In this document: piece by piece, positions 55,493 to 63,488 of the stretch
Numbering within the stretch: the stretch's first letter is position 1
How the letters are laid out: each line of letters opens with the position of its first letter
NCBI GenBank assembly: GCA_041496385.1
Contig: JBGQEL010000007.1
Span: forward strand, 7,570-71,569
Direction: 5' to 3'
From: Candidatus Methylomirabilia bacterium
GTDB taxonomy: Bacteria > Methylomirabilota > Methylomirabilia > Rokubacteriales > CSP1-6
DNA length: 64,000 nucleotides
Notes under the pieces: model-generated
What the model was told of the DNA's origin: nothing
What the model saw: only the letters and a program-made list of their open reading frames with translations
The model's database searches: none
Made by a program: the position numbers and the translations under genes

Positions 55493-56602
55493 TCATCCCG
55501 CGACCCGGTTCCGACCGAGCCGCTTCGCGTCGTAGAGCGCCCGATCGGCGGCCACGATCAGGTCGTCGGCGGAGGCGGCATCGTCCGGGAGTGAGGCGAC
55601 ACCGACGCTCACGGTGGCCCAGCCGTGCCGGAACGCGTGCTGTTCGACCACCGACTGGATGCGCTCGGCATAGGTGACGGCCCCGGCCTTCGCGGTGTTG
55701 ACGAGGATGATCGCGAACTCGTCGCCGCCATAGCGGGTGACGACGCTGAAGCTCCGCGAGTGCTTCAGCAGGAGCCGTGCGATGTCACGAAGCGCCTCGT
55801 CACCCGCGCGGTGGCCGAAGCGATCGTTGATGTCCTTGAAGCGGTCGACGTCGAGGAGGGCGAGCGAGAGCGGCTCGCCGAAGCGTTTGTGGCGCTTGTA
55901 CTCCTCCTCCATGCGGATCATGAAATAGCGCCGGTTGTAGACGTCGGTCAGCGCGTCCTTGAACGACAGATCCTCGAGACGCGCGTTGCGAATCGCGACC
56001 GCCGCCTGGGAGGCGAGCGCGCGCACCAGGCTCTCGTACTGGGTGTCGAACGGCACGATGCGCCCGTGGTCCACCGCGTTGATCAGCTCCAGCACGCCGA
56101 GGATGGTGCCGCTCGGCTCCTGGAGCGGCACCACCAGGATCGACTGCGTCCGGTAGTTCGTCCGCGCGTCGACGCTGGCGTCGAACCGGTACGGACGGTC
56201 GGGCGGGATCATGTACGTGTCGTGGAGGTTCAGGATGTCGCCAGTCAGCGCCACGTGCCCCGCCAGCGAGAGTTCCCGCAGGTGGAGCGGCTGCTCCTGT
56301 AGCCGGTGTTTCATCTCCTCCAAGCCGAGCTCGCCCGCCAGGCGGTCGTTCTGCACGACCGCGAAGTGGAGGAGATCGCCCTCGCGGAGGAACAGCGTGC
56401 CCGCCTCCGCGCGCGTGAACCGCCGCGCCTCGCTGAGGATCCGCTCGAGCAGGGTCGCGAGATCGCGCTCGCTCGTCAGCGTGATCCCGATCTGGACCAG
56501 CTCCTTGAAAGCCTGGGTCAGGTTGACGGACGGCTGTTCCGGCTGTTTCAGTGCGCCCTCCTCAAAGCACTGCGACCCGGTTCCGCCCGAGGCGCTTCGC
56601 AT
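55493..56602 (-). CDS. GAF-domain diguanylate cyclase paralog B (GGDEF intact: RYGGDEF)
   Basis: No in-frame ATG/GTG/TTG start exists between the stop of paralog C and the conserved N-terminal block. The start is therefore assigned to the ATG at 56602, which overlaps paralog C by 41 nt (MRSASGG...). The longer ORF start at 56641 is rejected. Confidence 0.75.
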   Translation of the reverse strand: MRSASGGTGSQCFEEGALKQPEQPSVNLTQAFKELVQIGITLTSERDLATLLERILSEARRFTRAEAGTLFLREGDLLHFAVVQNDRLAGELGLEEMKHRLQEQPLHLRELSLAGHVALTGDILNLHDTYMIPPDRPYRFDASVDARTNYRTQSILVVPLQEPSGTILGVLELINAVDHGRIVPFDTQYESLVRALASQAAVAIRNARLEDLSFKDALTDVYNRRYFMIRMEEEYKRHKRFGEPLSLALLDVDRFKDINDRFGHRAGDEALRDIARLLLKHSRSFSVVTRYGGDEFAIILVNTAKAGAVTYAERIQSVVEQHAFRHGWATVSVGVASLPDDAASADDLIVAADRALYDAKRLGRNRVAG

Positions 56603-57632
56603 GGTACATCGCCTTGTCCGCCGCCGCGACGAGATCGTCACCGTTGGCCGCGTCCTCCGGGAGGCTGGCGACGCCCAGGCTCACCGTCACAGGGCCGTGC
56701 GCGAACGCGTGCTGCTCGACCACCTCACGGATGCGCTGCGCATACGTGACGGCGCCGGCCCTGGGCGTGTTCACCAACAGCACGGCGAACTCGTCACCGC
56801 CGAAGCGGGTGACGACCGTGAAGTTGCGCGAATGCTTCATCAAGAGGCGGGCGACCTCTTTCAGCGCCTCGTCACCCGCGCGGTGGCCGAAGCGGTCGTT
56901 GACGTCCTTGAAGCGGTCGAAGTCGAGCAGGACGAGCGACACCGGCTCGGCGAACCGCGAGTGACGCCTCCACTCCTCCTCGATCCTCACCATGAAATAG
57001 CGGCGGTTGTAGACGTCCGTGAGCGCGTCCTTGAACGACAGATCCTCCAGGCGCGCGTTGCGGATCGCGACCGCCGCCTGGGACGCGAGCGAGCGCACGA
57101 GGGTCTCGTACTCCATATCGAACGGCACGACGCAGCCGGTCTCGTCGAGGGCGTTGATCAGCTCGAGGACGCCGAACACATCCCCCCCCGGCTCCTGCAG
57201 CGGCACGACGAGCACCGAGCGTGTCCGGTAGTCGCAGCGCACGTCGAACATCCCGTTGAAGCTGTACGGCCGGTCCGGCGGGATGGCATAGGTGTCCGGG
57301 ATATTCACCACCTCGCCCATGATCGCGACGTAGCCGGCGAGGCTCAGATCCGAGATCTTGAGTGGCTCCTCCTGCAGCAGTCGCTTCATTTCGGGCTCGC
57401 TGAGCCGGCTCAGCAGGCGGTCGTTCTGGACGACGGCAAAGCGCAGGCCGTCGTTCTCGCGCAGGAAGAGAGTGCCAGCCTCCGCTCGCGTGAAGCGGCG
57501 GGCCTCGGTGATGATGCGCTCGAGCAGGGTCGAGAGGTCCCGCTCGTTCGTGAGCGCGATCCCGATCTGCACTAGCTCCCTGAACGCCTCAGTGAGATTG
57601 ATCGAGAATGACATGTTCGCCGCTACGGCCAT
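56562..57632 (-). CDS. GAF-domain diguanylate cyclase paralog C (GGDEF intact: RFGGDEF)
   Basis: Start at the ATG at 57632 (MAVAANMSF...) preceded by an AGGGGAG RBS. 356 aa. The upstream extension of ORF 56562..57761 is rejected. Confidence 0.8.
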   Translation of the reverse strand: MAVAANMSFSINLTEAFRELVQIGIALTNERDLSTLLERIITEARRFTRAEAGTLFLRENDGLRFAVVQNDRLLSRLSEPEMKRLLQEEPLKISDLSLAGYVAIMGEVVNIPDTYAIPPDRPYSFNGMFDVRCDYRTRSVLVVPLQEPGGDVFGVLELINALDETGCVVPFDMEYETLVRSLASQAAVAIRNARLEDLSFKDALTDVYNRRYFMVRIEEEWRRHSRFAEPVSLVLLDFDRFKDVNDRFGHRAGDEALKEVARLLMKHSRNFTVVTRFGGDEFAVLLVNTPRAGAVTYAQRIREVVEQHAFAHGPVTVSLGVASLPEDAANGDDLVAAADKAMYHAKRLGRNRVAVL

Positions 57633-57984
57633 CTCCCCTGCCTGTTCCCCGCCGTCAAAACGCACCCAATCACATACAGGAGACGAGCAATCCCCATTCC
57701 ACTGTCCGCGCGCACCGTCGCGACGGCAGTTCAGATGCTGATCCACGAGGATAGACGTCAACCCCGGCTCCCGTCCACGAAGCGTGCCGGCAAGAGAATG
57801 AGCACTCCCCTTGCGGGCGTGCGCTCAATCCTTGTTCGAATCCTCGTGTCAGCCCGCCCCATCCGTCAATGTCATTATGACTGAAGTCCGGTGTTGTTCC
57901 AGCCCACAATCCTTCCGGAAATATTTGATTTATCTAGTCTCCGGCGATTGCGCCTATTGGCATTAGGGTTGCTGATTTCCATCA

Positions 57985-59484
57985 GTGATGAAATTGACAT
58001 TCAGGAAGCACGAAGTCAAGGACCTGCAACAGCTCGAGGCGCTCGTCACCGAACATGCGGACGCTATTGAGCCAGGCTGCCGCATCGTGGCGGCAGGCGT
58101 CAACCTCGGGCGCTCCACCGTGGATCTCGCCGGATTCGACGCTCGCCGGACCCCCATCCTCGTTGCGCTCGGCTTCACCGCCGATGACGAGATGCTGTTC
58201 CGGATGCTCGAGGCGTACGCGTGGTCTCTGGAGTATCCCGAGTCGGTACGCCGGCTCGTGGGCGAAGGGCCGGTGGGTTGGCCGCCCCGAATCGTATTCG
58301 TCGCCGAGCGCGTGCTCGAGGCCTTCCTTCGGAAGGTCCGACTGCTCAAGTTTCCCGCCGTGGACTGCTTCGAGTTCCGCTGCGTCGAGGTGAATGGCGC
58401 GACCGGCTTCTACCTCGATGCGGTGGACTGGAATCGCAGCGACGGGACGCCGCAGGACGCTCAGGCGCGGACGCCGGAACGGCCGCTCGCGCACGCGACG
58501 ACGCTATCGGAGGAGCCCCAGGCTCCGGCGCTGCTCATCCAGCCCTTCGCCGCGCCGATAATGCCAGATGAGCGCCCCGTGGGCGCCGCGAGGCCGGAGC
58601 GCCACGAGCGCGTCACGGGCCTCACGAACGGCCAGAGCGGCGGGGCCGACCAGCTCGGCTCAACACCGCGCTGGCTCGAGTTGCTCACGACACCGACGGA
58701 GACCCCCGGCCTCAAGCCGGTGTCGGCGCTCGATGCGACGCTCACGCCTCCCGAGACGTCGGAGCGGCGCAAGATCGGCGCGTCCGAGCCGAAGACCGCC
58801 GACGAGCACGGCGGCAAGCAGCGCGACGCGCTCGACGGGCTCGATCTGCCGGTGAACAAGGAGATCGCGCCGACGTGGCGGAAGTTCCTCGAGCGGCTCA
58901 CCGGTGGCTTCGATACCCTCGCGAACTCCGCCGTGGCGGAGGTGGGACCCGCAGCCGCCGAAGGGACCCAGCCCGAACCCGTCGTGCTGCCTCCAGCCGC
59001 GCCCGCGCCAGCCGCGTTCGCCGCCTCGGTCGCGCCCGGGCTCCACCCGGCACCCGCGGCGCAGGCCGGGCGCAACGGCAGCGCCTCCGGGCCCCACGTG
59101 GCCAACGACAAGCGGGGGTTGCTCGACGGCGTCCAGCTTCCCGAGAACGGTGAGCTCGCGCCCCAGTGGCGGAAGTTCCTCGACAAGACCTCGATCGATG
59201 AGCAGAAGATCGCCGCCGTCAAGGAGTATTTCCACCGCGAGTTCCCGCTGTGCACGATCTACGACTTCTTCGAGTTCCAGCGGAACGCGCAGGTCTTCCA
59301 GCTCCAGGACAACCACGGCAAGGTCGCACAGCTGACCACGATCTCCGCGGACTTCTTCGAGGCCCGTCGCGACGGCGAGATCCGCCCCTGGCTCGAGAAG
59401 CACAAGCTCGCCCAGGCGATGCGGCAGGCGGGTCAGGCCGGAGTCTTCGTGAGCGCCAGCGGCCTCCAGATCGAGAAGCGCTAG
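57985..59484 (+). CDS. hypothetical protein: N-terminal NucS/DUF91-like (restriction-endonuclease-like fold, catalytic residues apparently substituted), Pro/Ala/Thr-rich linker, two internal repeats (LDG-LP-N-E-AP-WRKFL) and a C-terminal domain of unknown function
   Basis: 499 aa. The N-terminus (LQQLEALVTEHADAIEPGCRIVAAGVNLGRSTVDLAGFDARRTPILVALGFTADDEMLFRMLEAYAW) has NucS C-domain-like layout, but the E-x-K position is VALG. Repeat 1 is ALDGLDLPVNKEIAPTWRKFLERL and repeat 2 is LLDGVQLPENGELAPQWRKFLDKT. The upstream 350 nt are AT-rich. Confidence 0.6.
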   Translation: MMKLTFRKHEVKDLQQLEALVTEHADAIEPGCRIVAAGVNLGRSTVDLAGFDARRTPILVALGFTADDEMLFRMLEAYAWSLEYPESVRRLVGEGPVGWPPRIVFVAERVLEAFLRKVRLLKFPAVDCFEFRCVEVNGATGFYLDAVDWNRSDGTPQDAQARTPERPLAHATTLSEEPQAPALLIQPFAAPIMPDERPVGAARPERHERVTGLTNGQSGGADQLGSTPRWLELLTTPTETPGLKPVSALDATLTPPETSERRKIGASEPKTADEHGGKQRDALDGLDLPVNKEIAPTWRKFLERLTGGFDTLANSAVAEVGPAAAEGTQPEPVVLPPAAPAPAAFAASVAPGLHPAPAAQAGRNGSASGPHVANDKRGLLDGVQLPENGELAPQWRKFLDKTSIDEQKIAAVKEYFHREFPLCTIYDFFEFQRNAQVFQLQDNHGKVAQLTTISADFFEARRDGEIRPWLEKHKLAQAMRQAGQAGVFVSASGLQIEKR

Positions 59485-59915
59485 CTCCCCCTCCAGCAGC
59501 GCGCCCGCTCCATCGCGATCCTGATCACCATCGACGTTCCACGACCGAGGCCCATCGCGCGGTATTGGGCGTATTTCCCGAGGAGCAGCTCGACCGCCGC
59601 CGCGTGCTCGCTCCCTCCCGTCAAGACCTCGGCGCGCCCTTCGACGATCACCCAGGCCAGCCGCGCCCAGTCCTCGTCGTAGCGGTCCACGACCAGCGCA
59701 GCACGCGGATTGTCCTCGATGTTGCGTACACGCCGCAGGCGCGCCCCCGGGACACGCTTGGGCTTGGCGTCGATGGCCGAGAAGCAGGCGCGCCCATCGA
59801 AGGCGTAGCAGACGGGCACCACGAGCGGCCGCCCGGACCGGTCGGCCGTCCCGAGCCGCGCCACCCGGCCCTCGCGCAGCAGGTCGATCGCCCAGGGGGG
59901 CAGATCGAGGCTCAC
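59481..59915 (-). CDS. PPOX-class (pyridoxamine 5'-phosphate oxidase fold) putative F420-dependent enzyme
   Basis: 144 aa with a split-barrel pattern (ARLGTADRSGRPLVVPVCYAFDG ... ALVVDRYDEDW). ATGA overlap with the LLM gene. Confidence 0.7.
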   Translation of the reverse strand: MSLDLPPWAIDLLREGRVARLGTADRSGRPLVVPVCYAFDGRACFSAIDAKPKRVPGARLRRVRNIEDNPRAALVVDRYDEDWARLAWVIVEGRAEVLTGGSEHAAAVELLLGKYAQYRAMGLGRGTSMVIRIAMERARCWRGS

Positions 59916-60748
59916 CGGATCAGCTTGGCGTACCGGTCGAGGAGCTGGAGGACGCTGTCGCGCGGCTCCGAGGGGAGCCTGAGGATCACGCGCGTGATCC
60001 CGGCGTCCCCGTACGTCCGCAGCGTCGCCTCCTCGGCCCTTGCGCCGAAGACCGACACCGAGATCGTGTTCATCTCACGCTCCGCGCGGGCCGCGCGAGC
60101 GCGGAGGTCCGCGAGCCCGGGGAGAATCGCCTCGGCCGCCCGCCCGCGCGGGAACCATCCGTCGCAGAAGTCGACCACGCGCTGAAGGGTGTGTCCGCTC
60201 TCGCCTCCCAGCAGGATCGGCGGATGGGGCCGCTGGACCGGCTTGGGCCAGGACCAGATCGGGTCGAAATTCACGAACTCGCCGTGGAACTCGGCGGCAT
60301 CGTTCGTCCAGATCGCCTTCATCGCCAGCACGCGCTCCCGGAGCAGCCGGAAGCGGGTCTTGAACGCCGTGCCGTGGTTCTCCATCTCCTCGGCGTTCCA
60401 GCCGGCGCCGATGCCGAAGAGGAAGCGGCCGCCGGAGAGGACGTCGAGGCTGGCGGCCGCCTTGGCCGTCGTGATCGGATCGTGCTCGACGAGGAGACAG
60501 ATGCCGGTGCCGACCTTGAGCGTACGCGTGACGGACGCCGCGGCCGTCAGCGCCACGAAGGGGTCGAGCGTGTGCGAGTACTCTCGGGGCAACTCGCCGC
60601 CGCCCGGGAACGGTGTGCGCCGGCTGGCGGGAATGTGCGTGTGCTCCGTCACGAACAGCGACTCGAAGCCGCGTTCCTCCGCGGCCCGCGCGAGCTCGTC
60701 GATCCGGATCGAGTAGTCGGTCGGAAAGATGAAGACGCCGTGGTGCAT
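59912..60748 (-). CDS. LLM-class F420-dependent oxidoreductase
   Basis: 278 aa. Luciferase-like motifs (GFESLFVTEHTHIP, GIGAGWNAEE). Confidence 0.8.
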   Translation of the reverse strand: MHHGVFIFPTDYSIRIDELARAAEERGFESLFVTEHTHIPASRRTPFPGGGELPREYSHTLDPFVALTAAASVTRTLKVGTGICLLVEHDPITTAKAAASLDVLSGGRFLFGIGAGWNAEEMENHGTAFKTRFRLLRERVLAMKAIWTNDAAEFHGEFVNFDPIWSWPKPVQRPHPPILLGGESGHTLQRVVDFCDGWFPRGRAAEAILPGLADLRARAARAEREMNTISVSVFGARAEEATLRTYGDAGITRVILRLPSEPRDSVLQLLDRYAKLIR

Positions 60749-60787
60749 GGCTCCCCCCTCAGGGAACAGCGAGACATGGAGACTAAT

Positions 60788-61729
60788 TTAGGTGACGAAG
60801 ACGGACTCGGGCAGGAACGCGGAGACGATCCAGTTCGGCGCGTCGACGACCTCGCTGATCTTGAGATCCACGGCGACGCTCGCGAGGATGTACGCTTGCT
60901 CCCGCGCGAGTCCTCGCTCCTCCACCAGGTGATCGATCATGTAGCGGACGGCCTGCTGCGCCGCGGCGAAGAGGTCGGGGCCGTGCGCGGTCGTGCCGAA
61001 CCACGACCCACGGTTGGTGCGCGGAGCCAGCGGTCCCGAGGTGCGGAGGCGCGGCTCGGGGAGGCGTCGCCCGCGCTGGAGATCGAAGCGGAGCGTCACG
61101 CGCGCCATCATCTCCACGGCCGTCACGCACACCTCGCCGTCGCCCTGCGCGCCGTGCCCGTCGCCGATGCTGAAGAGCGCGCCGTCCACCCAGACCGGGA
61201 GGTAGAGCGTCGTGCCGGCGACGAGCTGCTTCACGTCCATGTTTCCGCCGTTCTTTCTGGGAGGCATCGTGCTGTGGCCGCCCGGTGTGTCGAGCGCCGT
61301 GCCCATCACGCCCGGAAACGGCTCCAGCGGTACCGCGATGTCGCGTCCCATGCGGGCGGTGGCGCCGTCGGAGACGTCCCAGATCTGGAGAAAGGGCTTG
61401 GGGAAATCGGCCTCGGGCAGGAGTCCGCGCCCGGGGCGGATCGCCGTCCAGCCGAAGGGTGCCCGCGGCGCCACGTCGAGAATGTCGACGACCAGCACGT
61501 CACCGGGCTCGGCGCCCTTGACCGCGACGGGGCCGGTCAGCGGGTGGCCGCGGAAGGGCCCCCGCGCCAGCACGTCGCCATGGACAGAGGCCGGCGTGTA
61601 GTAGCCGTCGGCCGCGTCCCGGGTGTCGAAGACGACCGTGTCGCCGGGCTCGATCAAGAGGCGGGGCGCGAGGGCGTTGTTCCACTCGTAGTGGACGGCG
61701 CGGTCGTCCACCGAATGCGCGGCGCTCAT
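60788..61729 (-). CDS. acetamidase/formamidase (FmdA/AmdA family)
   Basis: ATG at 61729 with an ATGA overlap with the LigB stop. FmdA_AmdA pattern (HYEWNNALAPRL ... GPVAVKGAEPGDVLVVDILD ... GGNMDVKQLVAGTTLYLPV). 314 aa. Confidence 0.8.
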   Translation of the reverse strand: MSAAHSVDDRAVHYEWNNALAPRLLIEPGDTVVFDTRDAADGYYTPASVHGDVLARGPFRGHPLTGPVAVKGAEPGDVLVVDILDVAPRAPFGWTAIRPGRGLLPEADFPKPFLQIWDVSDGATARMGRDIAVPLEPFPGVMGTALDTPGGHSTMPPRKNGGNMDVKQLVAGTTLYLPVWVDGALFSIGDGHGAQGDGEVCVTAVEMMARVTLRFDLQRGRRLPEPRLRTSGPLAPRTNRGSWFGTTAHGPDLFAAAQQAVRYMIDHLVEERGLAREQAYILASVAVDLKISEVVDAPNWIVSAFLPESVFVT

Positions 61730-62577
61730 CGTCCGCCGCCCGCGAACGCGCTCCAGGCGACCATGCCCGTGCCCGAGCGCCACGCGACCGCCGGCGCGTA
61801 GGCGAGCACGTCCGCGGGGCCGCGGGTCATGGCGAGCACGAGGAACCACGAGAGCAGCTCGGCGGTGCCGCCCGAGCCCACCTCCTCCATGCGTTCGAGC
61901 GTGCAGTCGCGGAGGAGCGTTTCGCGATCGTCCTTGGCGAGGAGCTCGAGGAACCAGCGGTCGAATTCCTCGTCCACCCAGAAGTACCGGGGCCCGCCCG
62001 GCTCGTGCGACAGTCCCCCCGTCGCGACCAGGGCGATGCGATCGTCGCCGGGGAAGGCATGCAGCATCTCGCCGAGGAGCGTCCCCACCTCATGGGCGCG
62101 CTCCGGCGTCGGGATGGGCGGGACGGTGCAGTTCATTCCGACGGGCACGAGCCTGAACTTCGCGTCGGGATTCAGGTAGTGCGTCGGCACCGAGATCCCG
62201 TCGTCGAACTGCATCTCGCGCAGGTAGGCGAGCTGGAGGCGTCGCCGCGCGCCTTCGGCGACGATCCAGCGCGCCAGCGCCGGGTGCCCCGGCACGCGGT
62301 ACTTCTCCATCCCGAGCCACTCGTCGAACCAGTCGGCCGGGCCGACGTGCTCCTCGGCGATCCCCACCGTGTACTCGGGGACGTTGTTGATCGGCCAGTT
62401 CAGCAGGTGATCGTTGCTGAACATCAGGATCACGTCGGGGCGCGCCGCCTCGAGCCGCCGGCGCATCTCCGCCGTCGCGCCGAGGGCCAGCCGCTGATGC
62501 TCCTCGGGCGCGCGCGCGAACCACCCCGTGAGGCCGGGGGAGTGGGTCATGGCCATCGCGGCGACGATGGTGGCCAT
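61726..62577 (-). CDS. class III extradiol ring-cleavage dioxygenase catalytic subunit (LigB family)
   Basis: ATG at 62577 with an AGGAG RBS. LigB pattern (MTHSPGL, ILMFSNDHLLNW, LVATGGLSHEPGGP). 283 aa. Confidence 0.8.
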   Translation of the reverse strand: MATIVAAMAMTHSPGLTGWFARAPEEHQRLALGATAEMRRRLEAARPDVILMFSNDHLLNWPINNVPEYTVGIAEEHVGPADWFDEWLGMEKYRVPGHPALARWIVAEGARRRLQLAYLREMQFDDGISVPTHYLNPDAKFRLVPVGMNCTVPPIPTPERAHEVGTLLGEMLHAFPGDDRIALVATGGLSHEPGGPRYFWVDEEFDRWFLELLAKDDRETLLRDCTLERMEEVGSGGTAELLSWFLVLAMTRGPADVLAYAPAVAWRSGTGMVAWSAFAGGGR

Positions 62578-62579
62578 GG

Positions 62580-62918
62580 CTACACGCGCTCCTGCGTGGT
62601 CCGCGCCAGCGCCTTCGCGGTCTCCTCGGGGAACGCGCGCTTGTAGCACTCGAGCGCGGCGCTCGAGTTGGAGTTGTAGGCGGCGCCGAAGAAGAGGCGC
62701 AGGATCTGGGGAACGTAGTACTGGTGGACCCCGAGGTCCATGAGACGCCGCGGGTCCTTGTCGCGGATGGCCTCGTACTCCGCCCGGCTGAGCCCGAAGT
62801 CGCGTGCGATCCCCTCGAGATCGGTGAGCCAGCGCGCGCGGAGCGCGGGGTCGCGCCGGACGTAGAACATCATCTCGTTCGTGGGAAGCGTCTTGTCGCA
62901 GCGATCGACGTTACCCAT
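62580..62918 (-). CDS. LigA-type small subunit of extradiol dioxygenase (protocatechuate 4,5-dioxygenase alpha-like)
   Basis: 112 aa with the LigA-domain pattern (NEMMFYVRRDPALRARWLTDLEGIARDFGLSRAEYEAIRDKD). GAAGGG RBS before the ATG at 62918. Confidence 0.7.
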   Translation of the reverse strand: MGNVDRCDKTLPTNEMMFYVRRDPALRARWLTDLEGIARDFGLSRAEYEAIRDKDPRRLMDLGVHQYYVPQILRLFFGAAYNSNSSAALECYKRAFPEETAKALARTTQERV

Positions 62919-63291
62919 CGCGCGCACCCTTCAGGATCTTCGGGTTGACCTTGAGGAACATGATCACGCAGCGCTCCGACCCCAGGTTCCGCACGTCGTG
63001 CTGGACGTTCTTCGGGAACTTCACGACGGCCCCGGCGGGCACGACGACCTCCCGGCCGTCGATGTTCATGTTGGCGGCGCCCTCGAGAACGAGGATCGCT
63101 TCCTCCTCGTTCGGGTGCGTGTGCATGACCGTGGACTGGCCCGGCTCGTAACACGCCATCTCGGACCACAGCTGCTCGGTCTTGAAGAGCATCTTCCGTA
63201 CCCGCCTGTCGGGCGCGAACACCTTGAGAGCGTGGAGATCGAAGATCTGCGCGACTCCCGTCCCCGCCGCGAGCGCGATCTCGTCGTCCAT
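62911..63291 (-). CDS. cupin-domain protein
   Basis: Start at the ATG at 63291 with a strong GAGGAGGGAG RBS. 126 aa. Cupin motifs (HTHPNEEEAILVLEG ... VKFPKNVQHDVRN). Confidence 0.65.
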   Translation of the reverse strand: MDDEIALAAGTGVAQIFDLHALKVFAPDRRVRKMLFKTEQLWSEMACYEPGQSTVMHTHPNEEEAILVLEGAANMNIDGREVVVPAGAVVKFPKNVQHDVRNLGSERCVIMFLKVNPKILKGARDG

Positions 63292-63434
63292 GAACTCCCT
63301 CCTCGGATTCGCGCGTATTGTACTGGGCTCGGCGGCGGCACGATAGCCGGCTTCATCGTCGGAGGGACTCATCTCGGCTATTACTATAGGTGTCCAAAAT
63401 TGTATAAGTAATTGGAAAAGATGATATTTATCGG

Positions 63435-63449
63435 TCACGTCACACGTGA
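63435..63449. promoter_or_regulatory. inverted repeat TCACGT-N3-ACGTGA (candidate operator) inside an AT-rich divergent promoter region
   Basis: tcacgtcacacgtga lies in the 63292..63488 intergenic region between the cupin/LigAB operon (-) and the HTH-PAS regulator (+). Local GC is far below the window average. Confidence 0.3.
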
Positions 63450-63488
63450 GAAGTTCCAACCGTGGCATCTTGTGGTAGAAAGCTCGCG

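Noticed and set aside
62925-62927. GTG start at 62927 for the LigA subunit (115 aa).
   Set aside because: It overlaps the cupin gene 3' end by 17 nt. The ATG at 62918 with a GAAGGG RBS gives a shorter overlap. The difference is 3 aa and does not affect the call.
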